This document shows positions 52,101-63,631 of a stretch of DNA of 64,000 nucleotides, in pieces. The stretch is taken from NCBI RefSeq assembly GCF_963921235.1, contig NC_086106.1:36704001-36768000 (forward strand), in the 5' to 3' direction. This DNA is from Mobula hypostoma (taxonomy: Eukaryota). Within the stretch, counting starts at the first letter, position 1. Each line of letters opens with the position of its first letter. Under the pieces are notes generated by a model, which ran no database searches, was not told where the DNA came from, and was given only the letters and a program-made list of their open reading frames with translations. Both the position numbers and the translations under genes were made by a program.

Positions 52101-55100
52101 GGATTTACTGGACCGGAAAATTATCAAGGGCTGACAGCAGAGCAGCAATGTCTGGAATTTCTGGGAAGGTTTAATTAGATTCATCCCAACAAAGAAGTAT
52201 TCTAAATGCAGGATGACATAACTGTGGATGCCAAGAGAAGTCAAAGCCAGCATAAAGGCTGAAGAGTGGCATATAATAGAGCAAAAAATACTGTAAATTA
52301 GAGGATTGGGAATCTTTTAAAAACCAACAGTAGGCTACTGAAAATGTCATAAAGATGGAAAAGATGGAATACGAAAATAAGATAGCCAATAACGTTAACA
52401 GAGATTCCAAACGTTTCTGCATATGTATAAAATGTAAAGACGAGGAAAGAGTAGATATTGAACCACTGAAAACTGATGCTGAAGAGGTAGCAATGGGGAA
52501 GTAAGAAATGGCAGCCTAACTGAAAAAGTATTTTTCATCAGTCTCCACTGTGGAAGACACCAGCAGCATGTTGGAAGGTCAGTGGTGTCAGGCGTCAGAG
52601 GTGTGTGAAGTTGCCATTACTAGGGAACTGAAAGGACTGAAGGTAGATAAGTCACCTGGACCGGATGGTCTACATCCTAGTGTTCTGAAAGAGGTAGATG
52701 AAGATATTGTGGAGGCAATAGTAATGATCCTTCAAGAATCAATGGATTCAAGCATGGTTCCAGAGTACTAGAAAAATGCGAGTGTCACTTCACTCCACCC
52801 TTTAGTAAAAGAGAGGAACAGAAGGCCTTTGATAACGTGCCACACGTGAGGCTGCTTGTCAAGTTAAAAGCCCATAGTATTACAGGAAAGATTCTGGTAT
52901 GGATTGCGCATTGGCTGATAGACAGGAGGCAACGAGTGGAAATAAAGGCAGCCTTTTCTGGTTGCCTGCCAATGACCAGTGGTGTTCCACGGGGGTCTTC
53001 GTTGGGACCACTTTTTATGTTTTACGACAATGATTTGGACAACGGAATTGATGGTTTGTGGCCGTGTCTATAGACGATAAAGGATAGGTGGAGGAGTAGG
53101 TAGATTTCAGGAAGCACAGCCGCTGCAGAAGGAATTAGATGGATAAGGAGAATGGACAATTAAATGACAGGTGGAATGCAGCGTCGGTAAATGAGTAATC
53201 ATTCACTTTGGTAGAAGGACTTCTGTACGGCCTTTGACAAGGTTCCACACGGAAGGTTAGTTAGGAAGGTTCAATCGTTAGGCATTAATATCGAAGTAGT
53301 AAAATGGATTCAGCAGTGGCTGGATGAGAGACGCCAGAGAGTAATGGTGGATAACAGTGTGTCAGATTGGAGGACGGTGTCTAATGGTGTGCCTCAGGGA
53401 TCTGTACTGGGTCCAATGTTGTTTGTCATATATATTAATGGTCTGGATGATGGGGTGGTATATTGGATTAGTAAGTATGCAGATGAAACTAAGCTAGGTG
53501 GAGTTGTGGATAATGAAATAGGTTTTCAAAGCTTGCAGAGACATTTAGACCACTAAGAAGAGTCGGCTGAAAGATGGCAGGTGGAGTTTAATACTGATAA
53601 ATGTGAGGTGCTACATTGTGGTAGGACTAATCAATATAGGAAATGCGTGGTAAATGGTAGGGCATTGAAGAATGCAGTAGAACAGAGGGATCTAGGAATA
53701 ATGGTGCATAGTTCCCTGAAGGTGGAATCTCATGTGGATAGGGTGGTGAAGAAAGCTTTTGGTATGCTGGCGTTTATAAATCAGAGCATTGAGTATAGGA
53801 GTTGGGATGTAATGTTGAAATTGTATAAGGCATTGGTAAGGCCAAATTTGGAGTATTATGTTCAGTTCTGGTCACTGAATTATAGGAAAGATGTCAATAA
53901 AATTAAGAGGATACAGAGGAGATTTACTAGAATGTTGCCCGGGTTTCATCTCCTAAGTTACAGAGAAAGGTTAAACGTGTTAGGTCTTTATTTCTTGGAG
54001 CATAGAAGGTTGAGGGGGGACTTGATAGAGGTATTTAAAATTATAAGGGGGGATAGATAGAGTTGACGTGGATAGGCTTTTTCCATTGAGAGTGGGGGAG
54101 ATTCAAACAAGAGGACAGGAGTTGAGCGTTAAAGGGCAAAAGTTTAGGGGTAACATGAGGGGGAACTTCTTTACTCAGAGAGTGGTAGCTGTGTGGAACG
54201 AGCTTCCAGCAGAAGTGGTTGAGGCAGGTTTGATGCTGTAATTTAAAGTTAAATTGGATAGATGTATGGACAGAAAAGGAATGGAGGGTTATGGGCTGAG
54301 TGCAGGTCGGTGGGACTAGGTGAGAGTGTGTGTTCGGCACGGACTAGAAGGGCCGAGATGCCCTGTTTCCGTGCTGTAATTGTTATATGGTTATGGTTAA
54401 GGAATAAAAGTGTGTACTAACTTCTAAATTGAGAGAAACTTCACAAATCTGAAGCGCAAATGGACCTGGGGAGGGGTCCTCGTGCAGGATTCCCTAAAGG
54501 TTAATTTGCAGCTTCATTCAGTGGTGAGAAAGCCAAATATGATGTTAGCATTCATTTCAAAATGACTCGAATATAAAAGCAAGAATGTAATGTTGGAGGC
54601 TTTATAAGGCATAGATGTGGCCTCACTTGGAGTATTGCGAGCAGTTTTGGGCCCCTTATTGAAGAAGCGATGTGCTGACATTGGAAAGCGTTTGAAGGAG
54701 ACTCACGAAAATGATTCCGGGATTGAAAAGCTTATCTGAGAAGCGTTTGATTGCTCTAAACCTCTACTCACTGGAATTCAGCAAAATTGGAGGGCTGGCG
54801 GTGAATCTCTTTGACACCTATCGAACGTCGAAAGGCCTCCATGAAGTGGATGTAGAAAGTATGTATCGTATGATGGGATACTCTAAAAAAAGTACGACAC
54901 ACCCTTCGAATGGAGAGTCGTCTATTAAGAACGGAGATGAGGAGGAATTCCTTTAGAAAGAGAGTGGTGAATCTGCCGAATTCTTTACACCAATCGCAGT
55001 GAAGATCTGATCATTTGGTACAGGCAGAGGTAGATAGATTGTTGATTAGCCTGGGTACAACTGAATGCTGGAGAAGACAGGGGATCGGAGTAGAGAAGCA

Positions 55101-55110
55101 AATGGAAAAA
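49200..55110 (+). mobile_element. Old CR1, duplicate of 12590-17930
   Basis: Colinear with 12590-17930; lacks the Penelope insertion and carries its own CR1 insertion. Confidence 0.8.
53220..54398 (+). mobile_element. 5'-truncated CR1 nested in the old CR1
   Basis: TSD AAGGA at 53215-53219 and 54399-54403; GVPQGSVLGP, YADET and LVRPNLEY motifs; (TATGGT)n tail; empty site at ~17223. Confidence 0.9.
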
Positions 55111-56205
55111 CTATGATGAAATCTGTTTTCACTGTTGACTGTTCCTTGTTGAAATTTGTTGACACCAAAGAGTCTTTTTGTTGATCAGTGCCTTAAAAAG
55201 TCAAAATAAACCCACTGTGATTCAATGTTGTAAAACAATAAAATATTTATATACTTACAGACAGACAGAGACAGAGACAGAGAGAGGGGAGGCGAGAGAG
55301 AGCGAGAGAGGGATAGACAGAGAGAGAGTAGAAAGAGAGTTGCACATGTTTGTGTATATCGAATAAGTTAGGGTTAGAGACAGTGTCATTTTGAAGGCTA
55401 CCAAGCAAGGGGTGAATTTTTATATACTGTAGTAAGCGCAAAGTGATAACGTGAGAATGGAGAATGGAGACGGAAACAGGGCAGTAAGAGATTGTGCAAA
55501 TGTGGAGACTGATTGGGGGCATTGGGATCAAAAGAAGGATGGGTAGCGAAGAGGGAACAGAAGACAGGGATAGATGTACACGATCACGCAGTACAATGTG
55601 AGTACATTTGTTCTGGGAATTTCCCATTCCCGTTTAGACAATTGTCTCTGCGGCCTCCTGCATTGTTACCACAAAACACAATGCAAGATGAGAAGCGCCA
55701 ACTCCGTCTTCAGCCTGGGATCAGCCTTCCAGATTTAATTTTGAATGCTCCCAGCTCACGCATTCTTGTAAAATTCATCTGAATTTGACATTTCTGCCTG
55801 CCATTAATTTAGTTCTGTTATTTCTTTTCCCCAATCCCGTCTGCTAACCAGGAAACACAATGTGCTTCTAACGGATTTACGGACGGATTTACCTGATCCA
55901 AAGTATTCCCTCGGTTCTACTGTACTCTGCAATGTTTTCTGCTGTTTGACGGTAAATTGCTTTCGTTTTCCTTCGGTTCCGCAGAAGAGTTTCGGAACTG
56001 AAATCCTGATCATCTTTTCGCAGATGCCGGTTTACACGCTGAGTGCTTCCAGTATTTTCTGCTTGTATTAAGCCCCAGCCGAACAAACTCAAAATATTTG
56101 AAATTCAGGTGAATAATAACTGCAGTAATAAAGTTTTTGGCCTTCGAATAGGTGCACAGATGCTTCTGATGAAAAGAATATTCATTCAGATTTAGACTTT
56201 AATTA

Positions 56206-57104
56206 TTACGTTATTTTACATATTATATGAAGCAGATATTTCACCGCGTTCTTTAACTGCTTTCTGAAACTTTTTTGAGTTACCGCGTATATAAAGGTAT
56301 TAGTACAAGAATTCAATAACTGAAGCATAATAGCACTTTCTTGTAGAATAAATTTGGGATCGTTGTAGCCGACAATTTGATAATTATTCGTCAAACGCTT
56401 ATAACAAAATTGTACAACATTTGTCATCCACAGGAGGATGAAACTACCCGAGATAGCGAACAGTAAAACGATGGATTTCCTCCGGTTGTCGATCTCTGGG
56501 TCATCCTCTTTCTCTCCATTGCCATGCACACGAAGCCTCCTGCGAGCTTTACTGGCTACTAGGATGTACCTGACGGTCAGAGCATTGAACAGGAGTATCA
56601 GGAAGAACGGAGTGAACGGGGTCAAAATACGGTCGAACCAGTCGAATGCTCTCCACAAGGCAGAAGTATAACGGATTTCCTTCACACTGCAAAACCAGGG
56701 AACATCATTGATCACAAACATAGGTTCGTGTATAAAATACCAGGGTACGCTTTTCAAACATCCGAAAACACTAATCGTTCCTATAACCACAACCGCCGTC
56801 TTCTCGGTGCAGTATTTTGTTTTCAGCTTTTGGCAGCAAATGGCCACAAATCGATCAAAAGTGAAAGCGACTGTCAACCAAACGGAGCTGTCTTTGGACA
56901 TAGAAATTAAAGCAATGGAGAGACTGCATACGGGTGTAATGGACAGAAAGCTATTCGGGAAATAAATACCAGGAATCCTATTTAATAAAACAGCCGTGAT
57001 AATAACTAGGAGATCCGTCGCCGCCATTGAGACCAGATACTTCGTTATACACCGGGAGAGACCACATCTTCCTTTGCAAAGGATCACAATCGCCATTAAG
57101 TTAG
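56206..57104 (-). CDS. Exon 2 of intact GPR139/GPR142-like class A GPCR A3 (322 aa spliced)
   Basis: Acceptor ...ttttttgtAG|CT AAC TTA ATG; uninterrupted ORF. 7TM motifs: AN in TM1, MAATDLL in TM2, SVWLTVAFTFDRFVAICC in TM3, ECL2 Cys (PWFC), LNSCTNTFIY in TM7. These resemble GPR139/142 motifs. Confidence 0.92.
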
Positions 57105-58445
57105 CTACAAAAAAAGGAAAGACAGAGTAGTATTATGTGGAATAAGCACCTCAATGATATAGTGCAATGATAAAAATATTGCGCAAAGATACAAATATCA
57201 GCGGTGTAGATTTCAGCGAACGAAAAGAAGCGTTTACATTTATAATGATATGCACAAAGATTAATACTCTCGATGTTAAATACATCAGCACGTTCAGTTT
57301 TCTATGTTCAATAACCCGCATAGTCAGTATTTTTTACCCCTACTGCCATTTAAGGAATTGAGAAATAGCGGGGTGGGGGTGGCGAGATGCTCGGTTGGAT
57401 TGTGGAGGGAGAGGACAGACAGTAATTAATAAATGGAATAAAAACAGTCGGATAACATGTGCTTTAGAAGTTAATTGCGAGTCACAATTTCTAAACGAAC
57501 TTCCATAGATGTACAATATAAAATGTTATTACAGTATTGCTACGTAGGTTTATTGATATAAACCGAAATTTCGTTCTTAGTTTGGTGAGATTGGCGCCAT
57601 CATCGATAAATTCACGTATTAATAACACCCGGGCTCTCTATATTACCGTTCTGATTAAATCCAAGCCAAATGGATGAAAACAAACATTTCCGTTACTTCC
57701 GCAGCTGTTATTGTGGTAAAACTACATATGGAAATAACCTTTAAAAATGATGCTAAGAGACATTCAGAAACATAGCGACAGACGCGCAAGACATTCTTCA
57801 AGAAAATATTTTTAAGTGTGTCGCAGATCCTCGCCGTGACCAAGCTGATTTCCTCCCGGTGCTCCAATTTTCAAAGACAAGCAGGTTAGTGGGTCAATGG
57901 GGTATTTTAAAATGCATCTATTCTGTCGCTAAGTACCCTTTCCATTTCTTTTCCCACTCACACCCGATGTGCACAGCGTGTCTTTATATTTTGAAAGAGT
58001 ACATTGATTTGTTGCTTTTAGTTTCGCCCAATCCGTAATCACAAACAGGAAGAAAAGGATTCTGCGACTCGAATTATCAAAATCTTTCCAGAACAATAAG
58101 AAAAATTGTAAGTATTTCAACATAGCTTATAGTAGAAACTGTTCTGGTTGCCAAAGTGTTCTTCATCTCGTCTTGATGTTGTTAGATGAGTTCACACAGA
58201 ATCTACTGGTCATTGCGCAGGTAAAATTGCAGATATATTTTAAATGATTATTATGAGATCTGTGAACGGGCCACTTTCCTTCTCTCTGCGTGTTACCTCC
58301 GCGTTCACTTCGTGAAAGTAAATCAGGTCAATCAATACTGAGGTACAAATTACATTTCGCGTCTTCCATAAACCCAGCCACCAAACAACGGAATCTCGAT
58401 TAAACAGGCTACAGTAAGGAATAATATCCTGCTGAACAGTTTCAC

Positions 58446-58515
58446 CTGGAATAGCGCATACTGCAAGGGCAGTGTAATAAACAGCGTACACTGGCCCTCT
58501 CGGCGGGGCGTGCAT
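58446..58515 (-). CDS. Exon 1 of intact GPR139/GPR142-like GPCR A3 (MHAPPRGPVYAVYYTALAVCAIP + 1 nt)
   Basis: ATG at 58515; 70 nt ending CCA G|GTGAAA (phase-1 donor); hydrophobic TM1 start; TATATAAA ~64 nt upstream; joins in frame to exon 2 (G|CT = Ala, then N-L-M-A-I-V). Confidence 0.88.
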
Positions 58516-58578
58516 CTGTGCGAGCGAGTCTGTTTGGAATCGCACATACAATCAATCTCATTGACAGTCACACGATCC

Positions 58579-58586
58579 TTTATATA
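58579..58586 (-). promoter_or_regulatory. TATA box of GPCR A3
   Basis: TATATAAAGGA on the minus strand, ~64 nt upstream of the ATG; same motif as in B2. Confidence 0.7.
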
Positions 58587-59864
58587 TCCAAGTATAATGG
58601 ACGAGTCCTCCTCCCTACCCCAATTCCTGAGAGGTACAACTAGAAAATAGCTCAATTGATCCACTAAATTCTTCCAACCATCTGAGTACATTTTTGTTAT
58701 TTACATTCATTGAAGAACCATACTATAGCAATTAATTTGAGTTTCATTTTCCATGAAGAAAAATGGATCAAACCGAACAACATGCTCATTTAAAAGTATA
58801 TTCACAAATTTCTAACTATCTCTCTATCTGTATGTATATGTAGTACGTCCTCGTTATCCTTACCAAAATTTATCAATTTGCATTTAAAGTGCATTGAATT
58901 TCACTCATCACACCATGCCGTCTACATTCACTTCTCCTCACTCCTCAGCACACTTTCAACTTTTGCCACACCGGCATAGTTTGAAGTGTTTCTGTCCACA
59001 TTCATGTTCTAAAGTCATCTCTGGGAAAGCAATACTCTACCATTGATCGCTGGGAAACATCGCTTGACATTTCTCATATTTCTGGGCAACATTTGCTTTG
59101 TTGCTGTAAAGTGTCACTGGCAGGGTTTATGTTGACCAGACCTGAGGTATTTCATGCTTTGCTGGAGCTTCTGCATGACGGTAACTAGATTTGATAGTCA
59201 TTATCTGATGTTGCCTGTTTCATCTGAGCACATGGTAGCGAAGAACACTCCATATGACGCAACCGACTTCTATCTCAGACTCGAATCCAATTCTGCATTT
59301 TCCCACCCCAATCTATTGGCGTATAACTTTTTCGAAAATCTTCTGCAGGCTTCCCAATCACGCAACTTCGAAGGAATGCAAATCTGTTGTCTATCTGGTC
59401 TAATTAGTTCTAACCAGTGTTTCAAAACCAGCATATAGCAGTTTCAGTTGATTATGCGTTATGTTTTATGTCATGTTATAGACAATGTTTACATCAAAAA
59501 ATTAATATTTCATGGCGTGGTAATTAGTTCATATTGCAAAAATGTATTATCCATGCGGGAGGAAACAAAGGCAACAGTGTGAAGTGCCTTCGCGGAGTGT
59601 GCTGCCATGTTGCGGCCGCCTACCAGCACAGAACAAATGATATGTCTGTCCAGATATACGGGGTTTACGTGAACAAAGATACCTGGAGCACAACTGCAGT
59701 ATTTTCTATATATCTAACTCAGTTTCTCTTGAGGTTAGAAACATCAGGTCGTCTTTTAACGAAAAGGAGCTTTGGTAGAGTCGCTACAGAGATAATCTTT
59801 CCACTTGTGGGGATAAGCCTGATCAAAGGGCAGTAATCAGCAAGAAATTAACACAAGGAGTGGT

Positions 59865-60040
59865 TTCAAACGTTTCCTGTGGACCACCTCTGGGGGTCCA
59901 AGACGCCGACTTCTTCAAAGAAGGGATCCGTATGCTCCACAATCGTTGGACTAAGTGCGTAAATGTAGGAAAAATAAATGTGCTAGGTTTTCTAAAATTG
60001 ACTACGTCTACCTTAGGCCACGAACTTATCAATCTCCCCT
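59865..60040 (+). mobile_element. Mariner transposon 3' remnant
   Basis: FFKEGIRMLHNRWTKCVNVG resembles a mariner C-terminus; TIR-like gccacgaacttatcaatc follows. Confidence 0.6.
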
Positions 60041-62048
60041 TTTTTTTGTCGCCACTAACGTAATTGATTCTGCAGATGCTGGAAATAGAAACTAAAATTG
60101 CGTCACACTTTGGCCACCTTCCTTAAATACCGTAGGGAACATGCCATTCACGTGACAAAACATCACCCCACGGTCATAAGACAATTACATCATCCCACTG
60201 TGCCGTGACCAAACTGTGGACATGTAACAATACCACAAGGATGCAGACTACCTGGACGTTAACACCTAGATAAGGTTTTAATCTTCCAAACTGAGCTCTG
60301 TCTCATCATGCCAGTAGAGGAAGCCATGTTCAGAATAGGAAAGGAAAGTGAAGCTGAAATAGGTAGCCACCCGCAGATACTCTGTTCAGCGGCGGACAGA
60401 TCAAAAGTGTTCGATGAAGCGATTCTGGAAGGAACATTTTATTTTATAATGTACTGAATCTGGTCGCCTTGCAATGTAGAACGGCGATTGACCCGGTGTC
60501 TTGCTTTGTTGTTGCACGGACACTTCATTCTATCCTATCCTGAGGAAAAGTAAAATCCGTGTAAATCCTGTACCTAAATCTATGTTCAATTACTTTATCT
60601 AATTCTGATACTGTTAAAAGTGTCCTGCTCTCTACGGTGGCATAATTTCGCATCACTCCATCGTGTTCCCCTTCAGCATACAGTGCTGTGGGAACATCAG
60701 ACATCGCCTCTACCGTCTCTCCTCGGGTAATGTATTGGTGAATCTCCTCTCACCGTTACTATCACTATATTGTACTTCCTATGATGCGGTGCTAAGAACA
60801 TCTCGTACATCTACACAAATCTGAACAATGTTTAATTAAGTTGAAACATAATCTCTCTGCTATTATATGGAGAGCTCCGACTAATGAGAGCCAGTATCCC
60901 ATATTGCTTCTGAGCAAATTCATCGATCTGCTGTGCCCTCAATAACATGCATGTAAATATGTTTTCCGGTTCGTCATCTCATATTTATCTGGATTAATCC
61001 CCATCGGCCAGTTCTCATCCATTTGGCCAAGACAATGGTATCACTTCGTACCTTCTTTTAAAGTTATTTTACCGTAATACTTAAACGCTGCTAGATCGGC
61101 ACAGCGAAAGTATCGAGTGTTCCCAATTAATTAATTTAGAAAGAGGGCAGTGTTCTTCAAATTAATCATTTCCAAGGATCACTGAACGCGGACGGGTAAA
61201 TCTGAATGGGCAGTGCTTATTCAGGCCACGGCACTTTCAATGAACGTAATGGGAAGCGTGATTTTCGGACCAATGCATTGAGTTGGGTAAATTATTCGAG
61301 TCAATTAGGTTGGTGCCATAAAAATGGTTGATTGTGGGGAACTTTTGACCAATAGAAACATGGCATATGTACTTGCGCACGACAAAAGACGAGAAAGGAT
61401 TCTCGTGATAGTAGCCAGTCCAACTGGGAGATGATTGCTGTACCTACATTCGGAGGTGATTGATTTATTAGTGATGTGAGAAAATGGAGAATAACTGGCA
61501 GAGAATGAGGTGCGGAACTTCCTTTAATGTTAACGGTCAACTCTTGGAAGGTCATGGGTAACCTTTAGCTAATACGTAGGAAGAGGGAATCCAAGATGAA
61601 GATCAATGCCGCACAGAGCCAATGTCAAATCATGTGACTGTTCATTGTTTAATTCAATTGATCAATTTAAAGTAAAGCATCCGAAATAACTTTCTAGGTT
61701 TAAATTTGTTTTCCCTCTGTGAGATTTGCGTAAAGTATTATGTGCATGAGAAACAAAGGAAAAGATCGCTGTCTGTTGCTTTACAAAAGAACTATTCCTT
61801 TTACTTTTTGGTGGAAGAGTTAGACTTTAAGAATAATTTTGCATAATATGTTGCGAATTATACCGTTGATGCAGATTAACGAGCCATGAAGTTATAAAAG
61901 AGCGGCGACAAGACAACGAGAAAGTAAAGGACAGCACCTGGTGTCGACTGTACCAGTTGAAGACGAAACTCCAAGATTAATTTATCATACTAATTTGGAT
62001 TGAAGTGTAAATTTGGAACTGTCGTGCCCGCGTGTGTGTGCGCGCGCA

Positions 62049-62051
<3 letters not shown>

Positions 62052-62099
<48 letters not shown>
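62052..62099. repeat. (CA)n microsatellite upstream of B2
   Basis: Direct reading. Confidence 0.95.
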
Positions 62100-62101
<2 letters not shown>

Positions 62102-62361
62102 GTGTGCATATGTTTGCGAGTGTATGGATTGATGTGAAAGTTCGAATAATTTTACAAACGTGGTTATCGGACCAATAATGTGATTGTATATGTTCGCAGT
62201 TGATACGCAATAGCAAAATTACTTATAGTTTAGGGAAAACTTAAACTCTGAGGGTGTTAATTTAATTGTTTCATTATTGCAACTCGGATGAGTGATGACA
62301 TAATCTATGTTTGTTTCTGGGGCAGTGCGATTTAATTGTCCTGCTATCAGCTTCTGTCATT

Positions 62362-62369
62362 TATATAAA
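62362..62369 (+). promoter_or_regulatory. TATA box of GPCR B2
   Basis: TATATAAAGGA, ~72 nt upstream of the ATG at 62442. Confidence 0.7.
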
Positions 62370-62441
62370 GGAATCCTTTTCTGCATCACGGACATAGAGT
62401 TGCCTGTTGATCAAAAAATTCACCCTCGGAACTAGGAGACC

Positions 62442-62511
62442 ATGCATGGGCAAACAAAGGGCCTCGCGTATGCGATTTTCTACCCACTTCTGGCAGTTCT
62501 AGGTGTTCCAG
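62442..62511 (+). CDS. Exon 1 of intact GPR139/GPR142-like GPCR B2 (MHGQTKGLAYAIFYPLLAVLGVP + 1 nt)
   Basis: gaccATG at 62442; 70 nt ending CCA G|GTAAAT; TATATAAA at 62362; a 203-nt intron leads to the in-frame acceptor at 62713-62714. Confidence 0.9.
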
Positions 62512-62714
62512 GTAAATGATACATTGCGCAGACAGTTCTGCGCTCCTCTTGAATTTGGCAGAAAATATCTGTACGTTCCAGTCAGCTGCTTCCTATGCTT
62601 TACATGAGCCTTCCACATCTGTTGAAGGTTCAGGAGCTTCGTGTATTTTTCTGTTTTGTACAGATGCAGCAACATCTAAAATTAGTAATATCGACGTTTC
62701 TTTCTTTTAAATAG

Positions 62715-63631
62715 GTAATCTAACGACAATTGTGATCCTGTCCCGCGGAAGATGCAGTCTTTCTAGATGTATTACTCGATACTTGGTGGGGATGGCAGTG
62801 ACGGATCTCCTGGTTCTTATCATAGCGGTTATATTAAACCGGATGAGTGTCATTTACCTCCCGGTATTTTTCCTCTCCACCACTCCGGTGTGTAGCCTAA
62901 AAATAGCTCTGATATACGCCGCTAGAGATAGCTCAGTTTGGTTAACGGTCGCTTTCACCTTTGATCGCTTTGTAGCGATTTGTTGCCAGAACTGGAAAAC
63001 AAAATATTGCACGGAGAGAATGGCACGTATGGTTATCGCAGCCGTCTGTGCTGTGAGCTGTGTGAAAAACATACCATGGTACTTTGTTTATGAACCTTTA
63101 TATATAATTGACGGTGACCCGTGGTTCTGCAACATTAAATCAAGTTTTTATTCGGAACTATTCTGGGCAGCTTTTGATTGGATTGACCGCATTTTAAACC
63201 CCTGTGCCCCATTCCTCGTGATGTTGTTACTCAATGCATTGACTGTCAGAAACATTCTCGTGGCGAACAGAGCCCGCCGGAGACTCCGGGTCCAGAATAC
63301 TGGAGACAGGCAAAACGATCCGGAGATGGAAAGCCGAAGAAAGTCAATCGTTTTACTCTTCACCATCTCTGGAAGTTTTTTGGTATTATGGACCCTGTAT
63401 GTTGTACATTTCTTTCACGTGAGATTTACAAACAATAGTTATTCGACAGGCTCGAATCTCAACGACCCCTGGTTTATTCTTCAAGAAACAGGAAATATGT
63501 CGCAGCTTCTGAGCTGCTGCACAAACACTTGTATTTACGCGGGTACTCAAACGAAATTCAGAGAGGAATTCATAAATGGTTTGAAATATCCGTTGATTCG
63601 AATTAGGAAACAGGTGAGATCACGATCATAG
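62715..63631 (+). CDS. Exon 2 of intact GPR139/GPR142-like class A GPCR B2 (328 aa spliced)
   Basis: Acceptor tttcttttaaatAG|GT AAT CTA (G|GT = Gly, GNLTTIV); open to TAG at 63629-63631; motifs AVTDLL, TFDRFVAICC, PWFC, SCCTNTCIY. Confidence 0.92.

Noticed and set aside
19237-63366. Recurrent antisense ORFs over the GPCR exons (e.g. MKLPEIVNSK..., MFFTQLTAQ...)
   Set aside because: Shadow frames that recur only because the GPCR exons are duplicated.
22271-63631. ORF-track starts at 22271, 62732, 57096, 40045 and 19895 as true initiation codons
   Set aside because: They lie inside TM1 or in intron sequence; the real starts are in the 70-nt first exons.
56206-63631. Calling these olfactory receptors, TAARs or the true GPR139 ortholog
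   Set aside because: OR motifs (MAYDRYVAIC, KAFSTC, PMLNPFIY) are absent. The copies are multiple and divergent, and orthology needs a phylogeny, so no gene symbol is given.
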